Part shown: one piece after another, positions 26,460 through 35,548 of the stretch
Position numbering within the stretch: position 1 is the stretch's first letter
How the letters are laid out: each line of letters opens with the position of its first letter
Source: a bacterium
GTDB taxonomy: Bacteria > Hydrothermota > Tepidihabitantia > Tepidihabitantales > Tepidihabitantaceae
DNA: 54,303 bases
Reading direction: 5' to 3'
Assembly: GCA_046485245.1 (NCBI GenBank)
Contig: JAWOHG010000069.1
Location: 1 to 54,303 of the forward strand
Program-made: the position numbers and the translations under genes
Notes under the pieces: generated by a model
What the model was told of the DNA's origin: nothing
Databases searched by the model: none
The model's input: the letters and a program-made list of their open reading frames with translations, nothing else

Positions 26460-26840
26460 TCAGGCGGTCGGTTCGGCGGCGCCAGCCTCAGGTGCCACGG
26501 GCGGCTCGGGTTCGGGTACCGGCTCGGTCGGCACCTCGGGTACCGGTTCGACGGCCGGTGCAACGGCGACCTCGGCGGTCGGCTCGGTTACGACGGCCGG
26601 GGTCGGGCCTTCCTTGCGGCGGCGCCTGATGAGACTGAGCACGGTGCTCGAGGGTGTGGCCCCGACGCCAATCCAGTGGTCGGCGCGCTCGAGGTCGATC
26701 CACAGGTCCTTGTTGCGCGGGTTGTAGTTGCCGACGGACTCGATGTACTTGCCATCGCGTGCCTTGCGCGAATCGATGACGACGATGCGGTAGGTCGGGC
26801 GATGTCGCAGACCCATGCGCCGTAGACGAATCTTTACCAA
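26460..26840 (-). CDS. rpsP: 30S ribosomal protein S16 with Pro/Glu/Ala-rich C-terminal extension
   Basis: The TTG start at 26840 ([20 protein letters not shown]) has AAGGAG 7 nt upstream. The track start at 26876 adds 12 non-conserved residues. Confidence 0.9.
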   Translation of the reverse strand: MVKIRLRRMGLRHRPTYRIVVIDSRKARDGKYIESVGNYNPRNKDLWIDLERADHWIGVGATPSSTVLSLIRRRRKEGPTPAVVTEPTAEVAVAPAVEPVPEVPTEPVPEPEPPVAPEAGAAEPTA

Positions 26841-26865
26841 AACAATGCTCCTTTTTGAGTGGGTT

Positions 26866-26893
26866 ACTGTAGCCAAACCTCGGCAGATGTCAA
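26866..26893 (-). promoter_or_regulatory. Sigma70 promoter of the rpsP operon: TTGACA-16-TACAGT
   Basis: Minus strand: taatATTGACAtctgccgaggtttggcTACAGTaacccactcaaAAAGGAGcattgttTTG. Confidence 0.65.
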
Positions 26894-26951
26894 TATTACG
26901 CGCCCTTGCCCGACTCGGGCCGGGCAGGGAACTGGAGTGTGCCGCCGGCCG

Positions 26952-28046
26952 TCAGGCGCCGGGCAGTTCGTTTGGCTTCTTTCCGCCTTCAGGGGCCAGG
27001 GCCAGCTTGTCCTCGACCCGGGCCAGGAGCCTGTCCGCGCTCTCGAACTTGCCGTGGGCGTGGCCGATGTGGGTGCCGAGTTGGTCGAACTCCGCGCGGA
27101 ACCGGCCCAGGTCGGCTTCCAGCCGGCCGAGGTGGTCGAGGATTTCCTGCGCCCGGCGCTCGACCTGCATCCCGCGCAGGCCGAAGACAATCGCCTGTAA
27201 ATATGCATAGAGCGACCCGGGCGAAACCGGTATGACGCGTCGGGCGATGGCGTAAGTGTTCAGGCTTTCTTCGTCGCCTTCCTCACGGATGACCATCTCG
27301 TAGTAGACGTTCTCAGCCGGGATGTACATCATCGCGAAGTCGAAGGTGCCTTCGTCGGGCAGGATGTACTTCTTCGCGATGGTGTCGATGTGCTTCTTCA
27401 CGTCGGCGAGGAACTTGCGGCGCTGGGTCCGGCGTTCGGCGTCGTCGGTGACAGCCAGCAGTCGTTGGAAGTTCTCCAGCGGGAACTTGGCGTCCAGCGG
27501 CACCAGCCGGCTGCCGAGTGTCACGACGGCGTCGACGATCTCGCCGGTCTTGAACCGGTACTGCATCTGGTAGTTGTGTGGCACGACCTGCTGGAGCAGG
27601 TTGCCCAGGAACAGCTCGCCGACCACGCCCCGGAGTTTGGGCGCGCGCAGTATGTCCTGCAGGCTCGAGATGTTCTTGCCGACATCCAGTATCTGCTGGG
27701 AGGCGCGCGACAGGTCGCCCATCGTGGCCGACACGTCGCGAATGACCTTCACCGCCGAGTCCAGGCGCTGGCCGACCTGGCCGGTGGTTTCGCTCAAGTT
27801 GCGCTCGATGCCGCTCAGGCGCTGGTTGAGCTGGAAGTTGATGTCGGTCGTCTGCTGGCTCAGGAGGCGGTTGGTGCTCGACAGCGACTCGGAAGTCTCG
27901 CGCCGCAGCCCGTCGAGTTGCTGCTGCATGATTGTCATCGCGTCGCCGCTCGGACCGCGCTGCTTGGACTGGTTCAAGAGCATCAGGATGAGGATCGCGA
28001 TGACCACGACGACGAGGACAAGGATGATGGGAGTTCCCGGTGCCAT
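26952..28046 (-). CDS. rmuC: DNA recombination protein RmuC
   Basis: N-terminal TM helix, long coiled-coil region, and a conserved C-terminal block (DFAMMYIPAENVYYE, VIPVSPGSLYAYLQAI). Confidence 0.9.
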   Translation of the reverse strand: MAPGTPIILVLVVVVIAILILMLLNQSKQRGPSGDAMTIMQQQLDGLRRETSESLSSTNRLLSQQTTDINFQLNQRLSGIERNLSETTGQVGQRLDSAVKVIRDVSATMGDLSRASQQILDVGKNISSLQDILRAPKLRGVVGELFLGNLLQQVVPHNYQMQYRFKTGEIVDAVVTLGSRLVPLDAKFPLENFQRLLAVTDDAERRTQRRKFLADVKKHIDTIAKKYILPDEGTFDFAMMYIPAENVYYEMVIREEGDEESLNTYAIARRVIPVSPGSLYAYLQAIVFGLRGMQVERRAQEILDHLGRLEADLGRFRAEFDQLGTHIGHAHGKFESADRLLARVEDKLALAPEGGKKPNELPGA

Positions 28047-28054
28047 AGTAAGTA

Positions 28055-28083
28055 AGTCTACCGCAGACCGGCGGTGGAATCAA
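28055..28083 (-). promoter_or_regulatory. Promoter of rmuC: TTGATT-17-TAGACT, 8 nt before the ATG
   Basis: Minus strand: gTTGATTccaccgccggtctgcggTAGACTtacttactATG. No SD sequence. Confidence 0.55.
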
Positions 28084-28149
28084 CCTGGGCAGATGGTTGC
28101 CGGGCGCGGGCAGAGGAACGAGCACGCTTCGCCGATGTGGGCACGGGCG

Positions 28150-28177
28150 TTGACAGCCGGTGTCTTGCGGCTAGGAT
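28150..28177 (+). promoter_or_regulatory. Strong promoter-like element TTGACA-16-TAGGAT with no start codon nearby
   Basis: cgTTGACAgccggtgtcttgcggcTAGGATtgcgg. The next start codon accepted by the ORF track is the GTG at 28272, about 90 nt downstream. Confidence 0.5.
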
Positions 28178-28271
28178 TGCGGCCGAACTCCCCAAATCGA
28201 GTCAAAGTGAATCAACCGGCGCGCGGGTCGAATAGAAGAGTGACACCAGTGGCGAGTGTCAGCATAACCAC

Positions 28272-29012
28272 GTGGGGCCGGGCTTGAGCCAGGTCCTGTT
28301 GTTGGTGTTACTGCTCGTGGCGGGGCAGGCGCGCGCCGACTCGTTGCTTGAGCGTGCCGAGTACTTCCTGCTCAACCGTCACCTGTCTCATTCGTACCTG
28401 GATTCCTGCCGTCATAGCCTCGACCTTGCCCGACCGGCACTGAAGAATACTGAAGCGTTCCGCGAAATGCGCGTACGCTACTGCGTCCAGCGGGGCGACG
28501 ATACTGCCGGCACCGGGCCGAAGATGTACTGGTTCAGGCAGGCCCAGGCCGAGGCGCGTGAGTTGCTGGCCCAGAACCCGCGCAGCGCCGCGGGGCATCT
28601 CTGGTACGGCACGGTGCTGGTTCGCTACAGCCAGGTGCAGGGCATCGCGGCATCCGCGCCGCAATTGCCGGAAATCCGCCGCCAGTTCGAGACGGCACTG
28701 CGCTGCGACAGCAACTACGCGCTAGCCTGGTATGCGCTGGGGCGGTTCTTTCACGAGGTGCCGAGGTTCGTTGGCGGCAGCCTGTCGCGGGCCGAGTCCT
28801 GTTATGTCCGCGGCCTGCAATGCGACCCGCACCTGACACTGCTGAGGGCGAGCTATGCTCAACTGCTGGCCGCGACCAAACGCAAGAGCGCAGCGCTCGC
28901 CCAGGCCCGAGCGGTGCTCTCCGAGAAGGCGCCGTCCAACCCGGGCGAGCATCGGCTCTACGACGTTCCCCGCACGCAGGCGCTCATCCGGCAGCTGGGT
29001 GGCCGGCGCTAG
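28272..29012 (+). CDS. Secreted helical-repeat protein, paralogue of 41489-42199
   Basis: Signal peptide LLLVLLLVAGQARA. Blocks shared with the 41489 product: YxLNRHLxxxxLDS, ALxWYALGRxxxExPxxxGGSxxxAE, and DPHLTxxR. Confidence 0.65.
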   Translation: MGPGLSQVLLLVLLLVAGQARADSLLERAEYFLLNRHLSHSYLDSCRHSLDLARPALKNTEAFREMRVRYCVQRGDDTAGTGPKMYWFRQAQAEARELLAQNPRSAAGHLWYGTVLVRYSQVQGIAASAPQLPEIRRQFETALRCDSNYALAWYALGRFFHEVPRFVGGSLSRAESCYVRGLQCDPHLTLLRASYAQLLAATKRKSAALAQARAVLSEKAPSNPGEHRLYDVPRTQALIRQLGGRR

Positions 29013-29061
29013 CCCTCAAACCCGGGCTTCCCTTGAGTTCTTCCATTCGCTACAATCGCGT

Positions 29062-29964
29062 GTGAGCGGTCGTGCGACGAAGTCACGATTCGGCGGCGTG
29101 ATGCGCCCGGCGCACCACGTCGTCGAGCGCACGTCGGTGATGGGCCTGGTCGAGCGGCTGTATGCCGCGTCGCCGCCTCTGCGCCGGGCCGTGTACCGGT
29201 TTTGGTATCACTTCACGGCGCGGTTCGACCGACGCAACGTCGCGCGGTTCGCGAACTACGGCTACGCCGAGGTCGACCCGGGCGCCCGGGCGCTCGCCCT
29301 GGAATCGGCCGACGAGCCGGACCGGCTATGCATCCAGCTGTACCACCACGTGGCCGCTGCGGTCGACCTGGCCGGTCGTGATGTGCTGGAAATCGGGTCG
29401 GGCCGGGGCGGCGGCGCCGACTACATCGCCCGTTACCTGAAGCCGCGCTCGACCGTGGGGGTCGACACGAACGTCAGGGCGATACAGGCGTCGCGGCGGC
29501 ACTACCGTGTGCCGGGTCTGCGGTTCGGCCGCGGGGACAGCGAATCTCTGCCGTTCGCGGCCGAGTCGTTTGACGCCGTGGTCAACGTCGAGTCGTCGCA
29601 TTGTTACGGCTCTGTGATGAGGTTCCTGTCCGAGGTTCGGCGCGTCCTCCGGCCGGGGGGGTACCTGTTGCTGGCCGACTTCCGCGCGAACAGTGCCGCG
29701 GGCCGGATGCGTCAGCAGTTCGAGGCGGCCGGCTTCGTCGTGGAGCGCGAGACAGGCATCACGCCCAATGTCTTTCGGGCGTTGGAGTTGGATAACGAGC
29801 GCAAGCTCGACCTGATACACAAACACGTGCCGACCCTGTTCCGCGCCGTGTTCTGCCAGTTTGCTGCGACCAGCGGCACGCCGACCTGGGAGAAATTCCG
29901 GCTCGGGCGCTGGGAGTACCTGAGTTTCGTTCTGCGCAAGCCGGGCATCTCCTCGTCCGGCTGA
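29062..29964 (+). CDS. Class I SAM-dependent methyltransferase
   Basis: VLEIGSGRGGGA (motif I), FDAVVNVESSHCY and PGGYLLLADF. The start is uncertain: GTG 29062 lies 5 nt after a TACAAT box, with ATG 29101 as alternative. Confidence 0.8.
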   Translation: MSGRATKSRFGGVMRPAHHVVERTSVMGLVERLYAASPPLRRAVYRFWYHFTARFDRRNVARFANYGYAEVDPGARALALESADEPDRLCIQLYHHVAAAVDLAGRDVLEIGSGRGGGADYIARYLKPRSTVGVDTNVRAIQASRRHYRVPGLRFGRGDSESLPFAAESFDAVVNVESSHCYGSVMRFLSEVRRVLRPGGYLLLADFRANSAAGRMRQQFEAAGFVVERETGITPNVFRALELDNERKLDLIHKHVPTLFRAVFCQFAATSGTPTWEKFRLGRWEYLSFVLRKPGISSSG

Positions 29965-29981
29965 TACCCCAAAACAACAGT

Positions 29982-30011
29982 GGCCCGGGGCAGGGCGACC
30001 TGCCCCGGGCC
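29982..30011. terminator. Bidirectional GC-rich hairpin between convergent genes
   Basis: GGCCCGGGGCAGG-GCGA-CCTGCCCCGGGCC, perfect 13-bp stem with a 4-nt loop. On the minus strand it is followed by ACTGTTGTTTTGGGG. Confidence 0.7.
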
Positions 30012-30025
30012 TTGACGTTCGGCGG

Positions 30026-32575
30026 CTAGCGGCTGACCACGAGCCGGGCTGGCTCAAGGTCAGCGCTGCGTACGAGGTAGACCCCGGTCGCCAAGCCGGA
30101 CAGGTCCAGCAACTGGTTGGACTGGCCGGCCGGCAGGCGCCATGAGCGCGCAGTTCGCCCGGCCGCGTCGAACAGGCGGAACTGCTTGTCGCGCCCGAGC
30201 GGGGAAGAGAGCGACAACCGAGCCGTCCCGCGTGCAACCGCGGGCAGGACCGAGAGCCGAGGCGCGCCGGGGCGCACCGGCCGCTGCTCGGCCGCGCCCT
30301 GCGGCGAGAAGTCGAGCAGGGTGACCCAGTCCGGGCCGGGCATCGCCACGACCGCGGTGCGTGTCGCCGGACAGTAGTCGAAGGTCTTCGGCCCGGCGGG
30401 CAGGGGCACGGCCGAGCCTTGGCGATGCACGTGACCGGGCACGGTCGACGTGCCCGTGGTCAGCACGACCGGCTCGCCGGTTTCGTCAAACGTCACCTCG
30501 TTGACCGAGCCGTAGGACGTGTAGTAGCGGGTGCTCACGGTCCGGCCCGAGTCGGCGGTGACGATGGTGACCGTTTTGGCCGAGAGGTTGCCGATGCCGA
30601 ACCAATCATTGACCGGGTCATAGGCCACGCAGGCCGGGTACTGGCCGCAGGCGTACGTGCCGATGACCGAGGAGTTGGACCCGTCGACGTGCATCAGAGA
30701 GAAGTTGTTGCTGAAGTAGTTCGAGACGACCGCGCGCAGCCCGGTCGCGTCAAAGGCGATGCGCAGGGGGAAGTCGCCCACATTCAGGGTGGCGACGACC
30801 GAGTAGGTATGCGCATCGATGACCCGCACCACGTCTTCGAAGGATACCGCGACGAGCACCCATCGGCCGTCGGGCGAGCAGGCCACGCCCGATGCGATGC
30901 CCTGAGCGCCCCAGACCACGCCTATCTCGCCGCAGGGTACGGCCGTCACCAACTGGCTGGCCGCGCCGTCGAGCCGGACGATGCCTACGGTGTTGCCCGA
31001 GATGTTGCCGATGTATGCGAATGAATCGGTGGGCGCCAGCGCGAGCGACCACGGCCCCCCGGGGCACTGGACAGTCGTCGCTGTCGTGCCCGAGACGAGG
31101 TCGATGACCGAGACCGTCTCGCCGACATTGGCGGTAACGCCCCAGCGCGAGTCGCTGGTAACGGCAACTTCCTGGGGCCGGTCGGCGCAGGCGATGGTCG
31201 TGTCGAGCGTGCCCGAGGCGACGTCGATGACGCCGAGGTTGTCGGACAGGACGTTGCTGGCCAGCGCCTTGGAGCCGTCGGGCGCAATTGCGAGGCGGTG
31301 CGGGCAGTCGCCTTCGGGATCCTTGCCGGCGTTGGTGGTGCCGCGGTACATTGATGGGCCGGGCGTGGTGTAGTCGTAGAAGTACAGGCCTTCGTGGCGG
31401 TGCGGGTCGTAGCCGACTGCGCGATTGCCAGTGGGCGATACCGCGCCGACCGACTGGGAGTTGCCGATGGCCTGGCCGAGCACGGTCTCGGTGGCGAAGT
31501 CAACGAGGGACCAGTTGTACTGGCCGCTGATGGCGCGGGTGTGGTCGGGCGACACGCCGATCCAGAACGCCGTGTAGGTGTTGGAGAAGAGCACGTAGTT
31601 GCCGGTGCTGAACTTGACCAGCGCGCTCTGGTTGCCGCTTACCCCGAGGTAGCACTTGGAGCCGTCGCCATTCATCGCGGCTTCGAAGGTCATCAGGGTC
31701 AAGCCGGGCAGCGTGACCGATGCATCGACCGCGCGGGTGGCGATGTCGACACGGCGGGCGATGCAGCCGGAAGAGGACTCGGCAACGACCAGCGCCTTCA
31801 GACCGTCGCCCGAGAGTTCGACGAATCGGCATTTGCCGACGCCCGTGACGGTGTCGTCGAACGCGCCGGTGGCGGTGTTGATGAAGAAGAGCGTGTCGGC
31901 GTAGTTGGGGGCGATGATGTGGCCGCCGTCGGGCGTGAGGGCGAACTCCGAGAAGGTGAACGCGTTGCGGCCGTTCTCCGAGTTCCAGGAGTAGGTGGAC
32001 AGGAACACGGGGAAGTTCGGGATGGTGCGTACCCGGGACAGCGATTGCAGGTCGTAGACCTCGCAGGTGTTGGAGATGTCACAGGCGACGTAAACGTAGC
32101 GGCCGTCGGGCGAGGGCACCACGACCCACGGCTGGCCGCCGGACGGCAGCCTCGCCGCGACTGAGTAGTCGCGCGTGCGGATGATGACGACGCTGTCGAC
32201 GAAGCCGAGCGTGACCAGCACGAAGCTGTCGGAGATGGCGATGCCGCCCGGGTAGTCGCCGACCGTGAACGTTGTTTCCTGTGCCATCGTGGCCCAGTCG
32301 AACACGGTGATATTGTCGGTGCCGCGGTTGGTGTGCCAGACCTGCGAGCCGTCGGGCGTGAACGCGCTGAACCCGAGGTAGTCGCCTTCGGGCGCTCGAC
32401 CCGGGTCGACGTCGGTCTGCTCGTAGTCGGCGGCAACGGGCAACAGGTCGGCGAGCACTCGACCAACCGCGTCGATGCGGTTGAGTGCGGGCGGCTCGGT
32501 GCCGGTGCTGACGGCATTCGGCCCGTACTGGCCGAGTGCCAGCGAGAACAGGGCAAGCAGTGCGATGTGTTTCAA
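30026..32575 (-). CDS. Secreted multi-blade beta-propeller (YVTN-like) protein with T9SS C-terminal sorting domain
   Basis: TTG start with GGAG upstream. Signal peptide MKHIALLALFSLALGQ. Repeated propeller motifs. C-terminal roughly 80 aa fit a T9SS type-A CTD pattern (RLSLSSPLG...FRLFDAAGR...GVYLVR...LVVSR). Confidence 0.85.
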   Translation of the reverse strand: MKHIALLALFSLALGQYGPNAVSTGTEPPALNRIDAVGRVLADLLPVAADYEQTDVDPGRAPEGDYLGFSAFTPDGSQVWHTNRGTDNITVFDWATMAQETTFTVGDYPGGIAISDSFVLVTLGFVDSVVIIRTRDYSVAARLPSGGQPWVVVPSPDGRYVYVACDISNTCEVYDLQSLSRVRTIPNFPVFLSTYSWNSENGRNAFTFSEFALTPDGGHIIAPNYADTLFFINTATGAFDDTVTGVGKCRFVELSGDGLKALVVAESSSGCIARRVDIATRAVDASVTLPGLTLMTFEAAMNGDGSKCYLGVSGNQSALVKFSTGNYVLFSNTYTAFWIGVSPDHTRAISGQYNWSLVDFATETVLGQAIGNSQSVGAVSPTGNRAVGYDPHRHEGLYFYDYTTPGPSMYRGTTNAGKDPEGDCPHRLAIAPDGSKALASNVLSDNLGVIDVASGTLDTTIACADRPQEVAVTSDSRWGVTANVGETVSVIDLVSGTTATTVQCPGGPWSLALAPTDSFAYIGNISGNTVGIVRLDGAASQLVTAVPCGEIGVVWGAQGIASGVACSPDGRWVLVAVSFEDVVRVIDAHTYSVVATLNVGDFPLRIAFDATGLRAVVSNYFSNNFSLMHVDGSNSSVIGTYACGQYPACVAYDPVNDWFGIGNLSAKTVTIVTADSGRTVSTRYYTSYGSVNEVTFDETGEPVVLTTGTSTVPGHVHRQGSAVPLPAGPKTFDYCPATRTAVVAMPGPDWVTLLDFSPQGAAEQRPVRPGAPRLSVLPAVARGTARLSLSSPLGRDKQFRLFDAAGRTARSWRLPAGQSNQLLDLSGLATGVYLVRSADLEPARLVVSR

Positions 32576-32584
32576 CGGTGACTC

Positions 32585-34075
32585 CTAGCGTGAGAGGACT
32601 ATTCGGACTGAAGCCGGGCCGTCGGCAGTGACGGCGCGGCAGATGTAAGTGCCGGGTGAAACTCGGCGGCCCGTCTCGTCGCGGCCGTCCCAGAGGAGCG
32701 GGACGAGGGGCGAGGGATGGGGGGCGAGGGTGCGGACGAGGCGGCCGGAGACGTCGAGTATGGAGAGCGATCGAGTGGTCGAGTGGTCAAGTGAGAGGCA
32801 TACAGAGGAGCGGAACGGGTTAGGCGAGGCGGACAGGCGAGAGGCGGGCTGGACCACCTTCGACTCGGCAATGCCGACCGGGCCCAGGTAGGCGCGCAGG
32901 AGCGTGCCCGGCCCGGCGACGACCATCACGTTGCCGTGGGTGAGGACTGGGCCGCTGTAGTAGCAGTAACTGATGTCGTCGTGCCACAGCGTGTCGAGGT
33001 CGGGCGTGAGCGCCCAGATTCCACCTGAACCGGTCGAGGTGCTGACTGTGGCGAAGACGTTGCCCACCTCGTCGACCGTGATGCGCGGCGTGATGTCGGC
33101 AGATGCGAGCGGCGGCGAGGAGTCGAGCAGAACACCGGTGTGGCTGTCCAGGCGCAGGATGCGTGTTCCTTGCGGTAGATACAGGCTCTGGTCGCGGCCG
33201 ATGCCGTAGTTCTGCCAGGTCGAGCCGCCATAGCCGGGCGCGGTCCAGAGCTCGACGAACCCAGAGTCGGTGAGCTGCCAGCAGTAGAACAGCCCGCCGT
33301 CGCGCTGGCCATAGATTCGGCGTTCCTCACCGATGACAAACGGCAGTTCCTGGTCGCCGTCGCCGGGCAGTTCGGGCGTCCGCCAAAGCGTCTGACCGGT
33401 GTTGGCCGAGATGGCGATGAGGTACTTGGGCCGGTTGATGCCGAGGCCTTCCCACGCAAACACGAAGGTGTCGGTCATCGCGATCCACTCGGCACCGGTG
33501 TTGGGCACGGGGCGCGGGTTGGTCCAGACCGTATCGCCGGTCAGGCGGTCCAGCCGGGCAATGCCGCGTTCGGCGCATGGCGTGATGGGGTCGCCGTTCT
33601 CGGCGAACACGGCGCACCAGACGATGCCCAGCGGCGCGGTCCAGCGCGACTGCCAGAGGATGTCGCCAGTAGCGATGTCGGTGCAGAATATCGAGTCGTG
33701 ACCGGACTCGCGGAAGTTGCGCGAGTAGAGCCGGCCGTGGCTTGCGCCCATCGGGATGAACTTGCCGTCGGGCCGGTATAGCCTCGTCCAGACCGTGTCG
33801 CCGGTCCAGAGGTCGTGGCAGACGAGCGTCGCGGTGAACGGGCTGAAGGTGTAGCGGGTCGTGACAACATAGTCATGCCACACGTACACCTGCATCCCGA
33901 GGTTCGAGGGCAGGGTCTGAGCTTCCCAGAGCACCTGGCGGCTGGCCGGGCCGTAGCGCAACCTCGCCCAGCCGTTGTGTTCGTTGTTGCCGCCGACCGT
34001 GGTCCAGTCCTGCCCTGATGCAGCGGCCAGCAGCGCAAGTGTCAACAAGCCGACTCTCAATGTTCCTCCAGTCAA
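32585..34075 (-). CDS. PQQ-like beta-propeller repeat protein with T9SS CTD (tandem paralogue 3)
   Basis: Signal peptide. Repeated motifs DxxTGDxxW, LYCxD and GDTVWT. CTD: NPFRSSVCLSLDHSTTRSLSILDVSGRLVRTL...GTYICR. Confidence 0.85.
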   Translation of the reverse strand: MTGGTLRVGLLTLALLAAASGQDWTTVGGNNEHNGWARLRYGPASRQVLWEAQTLPSNLGMQVYVWHDYVVTTRYTFSPFTATLVCHDLWTGDTVWTRLYRPDGKFIPMGASHGRLYSRNFRESGHDSIFCTDIATGDILWQSRWTAPLGIVWCAVFAENGDPITPCAERGIARLDRLTGDTVWTNPRPVPNTGAEWIAMTDTFVFAWEGLGINRPKYLIAISANTGQTLWRTPELPGDGDQELPFVIGEERRIYGQRDGGLFYCWQLTDSGFVELWTAPGYGGSTWQNYGIGRDQSLYLPQGTRILRLDSHTGVLLDSSPPLASADITPRITVDEVGNVFATVSTSTGSGGIWALTPDLDTLWHDDISYCYYSGPVLTHGNVMVVAGPGTLLRAYLGPVGIAESKVVQPASRLSASPNPFRSSVCLSLDHSTTRSLSILDVSGRLVRTLAPHPSPLVPLLWDGRDETGRRVSPGTYICRAVTADGPASVRIVLSR

Positions 34076-35539
34076 TCAGCGACAGACAGTGATGCGGACA
34101 GATTCGGTCAAGCTGCCGGTTTCGGCGCGAACGAGATACACGCCGGCCGGGACCGCGCGGCAGTCCCAGTCGAACCGGCCGGGGCCCGGCAGCTCGGTCG
34201 CACTCACCAGCGCACCGGTGATGTCGCGAATCGTGATGCGCGCGGCCGGCCCTGACCAGCGGATTGGCGCAACGTTGCGGACGATGCCGGGCGCCCTGAG
34301 TTGGCGCGCGGGTGTGCGGGAGCGTGCCTCGGCCACTGCCGGTGCCGGGGCGTAGACCCGCAGTTCGGTGCCGTCACCAGCTACGGCCAGGATGCCGCCC
34401 GGACCGATGGCCGGGCCCGAGGTGTTGACTCGCCGGATGGGTTCGAACCAGTTCGGGCGCAGGTCAGGCGAGAAGCAGTACAGCCCGCCCGCGTCCTGGC
34501 CTGTGGCCAGGAATACCTGGCCAGCCGCATCGACGGCCAGCCGGACGTTGAACAGCACGCCCGAGGTGTCCTGCACGAAGTCCGAGGAATCCATAACTGC
34601 ACCGGTGCTTGGATTCAGCCGGATGATGCGGCCGTACGATGCGGCGTAGATTGTCGAGTCGGGCCCGACCGCGAAGTGGGAGAACGGCGAGAAGAACTCA
34701 CCTTCGCCCGAGATGGGCGCGACCCAGAGTGTGCGCAGGCTGTCGCCATCGTCGCGGATGGCGGTCACGTTGTCTCCGACCTTGTGCGCGTAGATGGTGC
34801 CGTCCGGCCCGACCATCGGCGCGGCCTGGGCCATTGGCCCGCCGGGGTGCGTGTCCTCGATGCGGATGGTGTCCTTGAGCCGGCCGTCGGACAGGCGGAA
34901 CGCGGCCAGGCGCAGCGTGCCCATGTCACCCCACCACGCGTAGGCGGTGGACTCGTACACGCAGATGTCGGTCGAGCCGGTCACGGGCCAGAGCCGGTAG
35001 GTGGTCCAGACCGTGTCGCCGTCGGTGTGGTCGAGGCGGGCAATCCTGAAGTCTGAGGCGTTGACCAACAGGTCGCCGTTCTCGGCAAAGGTCACGCTCT
35101 CGCTTATGCTCATCTCAACCGTCATCCGTCCGCGCCAGACAATCTCGCCGTTCTCGGCATCAAGGCAGTAGAGCGTGTCGTGGCGGCTCTCCTGGAAGTT
35201 GATTGCGTATACCCGGTTGTCGCGCAGCCCGATGGGCACGGATCGGCTGTTGGCGCCGGGGAAGTCGCGTGTCCAAAGTGTCTCGCCGGTGAAGAGGTCG
35301 TGGCAGACGATGGGCGCGTAGTCGATGGACTGGAACCGCATCGTCACCAGCTTGTCGGCGCTGATGAATACCGGCAGGCCGAACCAGCCAGACTGCGTGC
35401 CGGACCACAAAAGGTCAGGCCCGCCCGGTGCGTACTCGTCGGACAGGCCGGTCCGGGCCGGGTTGCCGCCTGAGGTTATCCACTCGCCGGCCGGGGCGGT
35501 GGCGGCCAGTAAGCTGAACAGAACCAGCAACTTGCGCAT
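34076..35539 (-). CDS. PQQ-like beta-propeller repeat protein with T9SS-like CTD (tandem paralogue 2)
   Basis: Collinear with its neighbours (IVCHDL, LYCLD, ESVTFAE.GDL, GDTVWTT, EDTHPGG, GDNVTAI, FSPDLRP). GGAG SD sequence. CTD-like tail ITIRDITGALV...GVYLVRAE. Confidence 0.85.
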   Translation of the reverse strand: MRKLLVLFSLLAATAPAGEWITSGGNPARTGLSDEYAPGGPDLLWSGTQSGWFGLPVFISADKLVTMRFQSIDYAPIVCHDLFTGETLWTRDFPGANSRSVPIGLRDNRVYAINFQESRHDTLYCLDAENGEIVWRGRMTVEMSISESVTFAENGDLLVNASDFRIARLDHTDGDTVWTTYRLWPVTGSTDICVYESTAYAWWGDMGTLRLAAFRLSDGRLKDTIRIEDTHPGGPMAQAAPMVGPDGTIYAHKVGDNVTAIRDDGDSLRTLWVAPISGEGEFFSPFSHFAVGPDSTIYAASYGRIIRLNPSTGAVMDSSDFVQDTSGVLFNVRLAVDAAGQVFLATGQDAGGLYCFSPDLRPNWFEPIRRVNTSGPAIGPGGILAVAGDGTELRVYAPAPAVAEARSRTPARQLRAPGIVRNVAPIRWSGPAARITIRDITGALVSATELPGPGRFDWDCRAVPAGVYLVRAETGSLTESVRITVCR

Positions 35540-35548
35540 AGATACTCC

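Noticed and set aside
26626-26633. CTGATGAG, a hammerhead-ribozyme-like core, followed by a GAGCAC/GTGCTC stem
   Set aside because: It lies antisense within the rpsP coding region and lacks the required CGAAA element and stems I and III.
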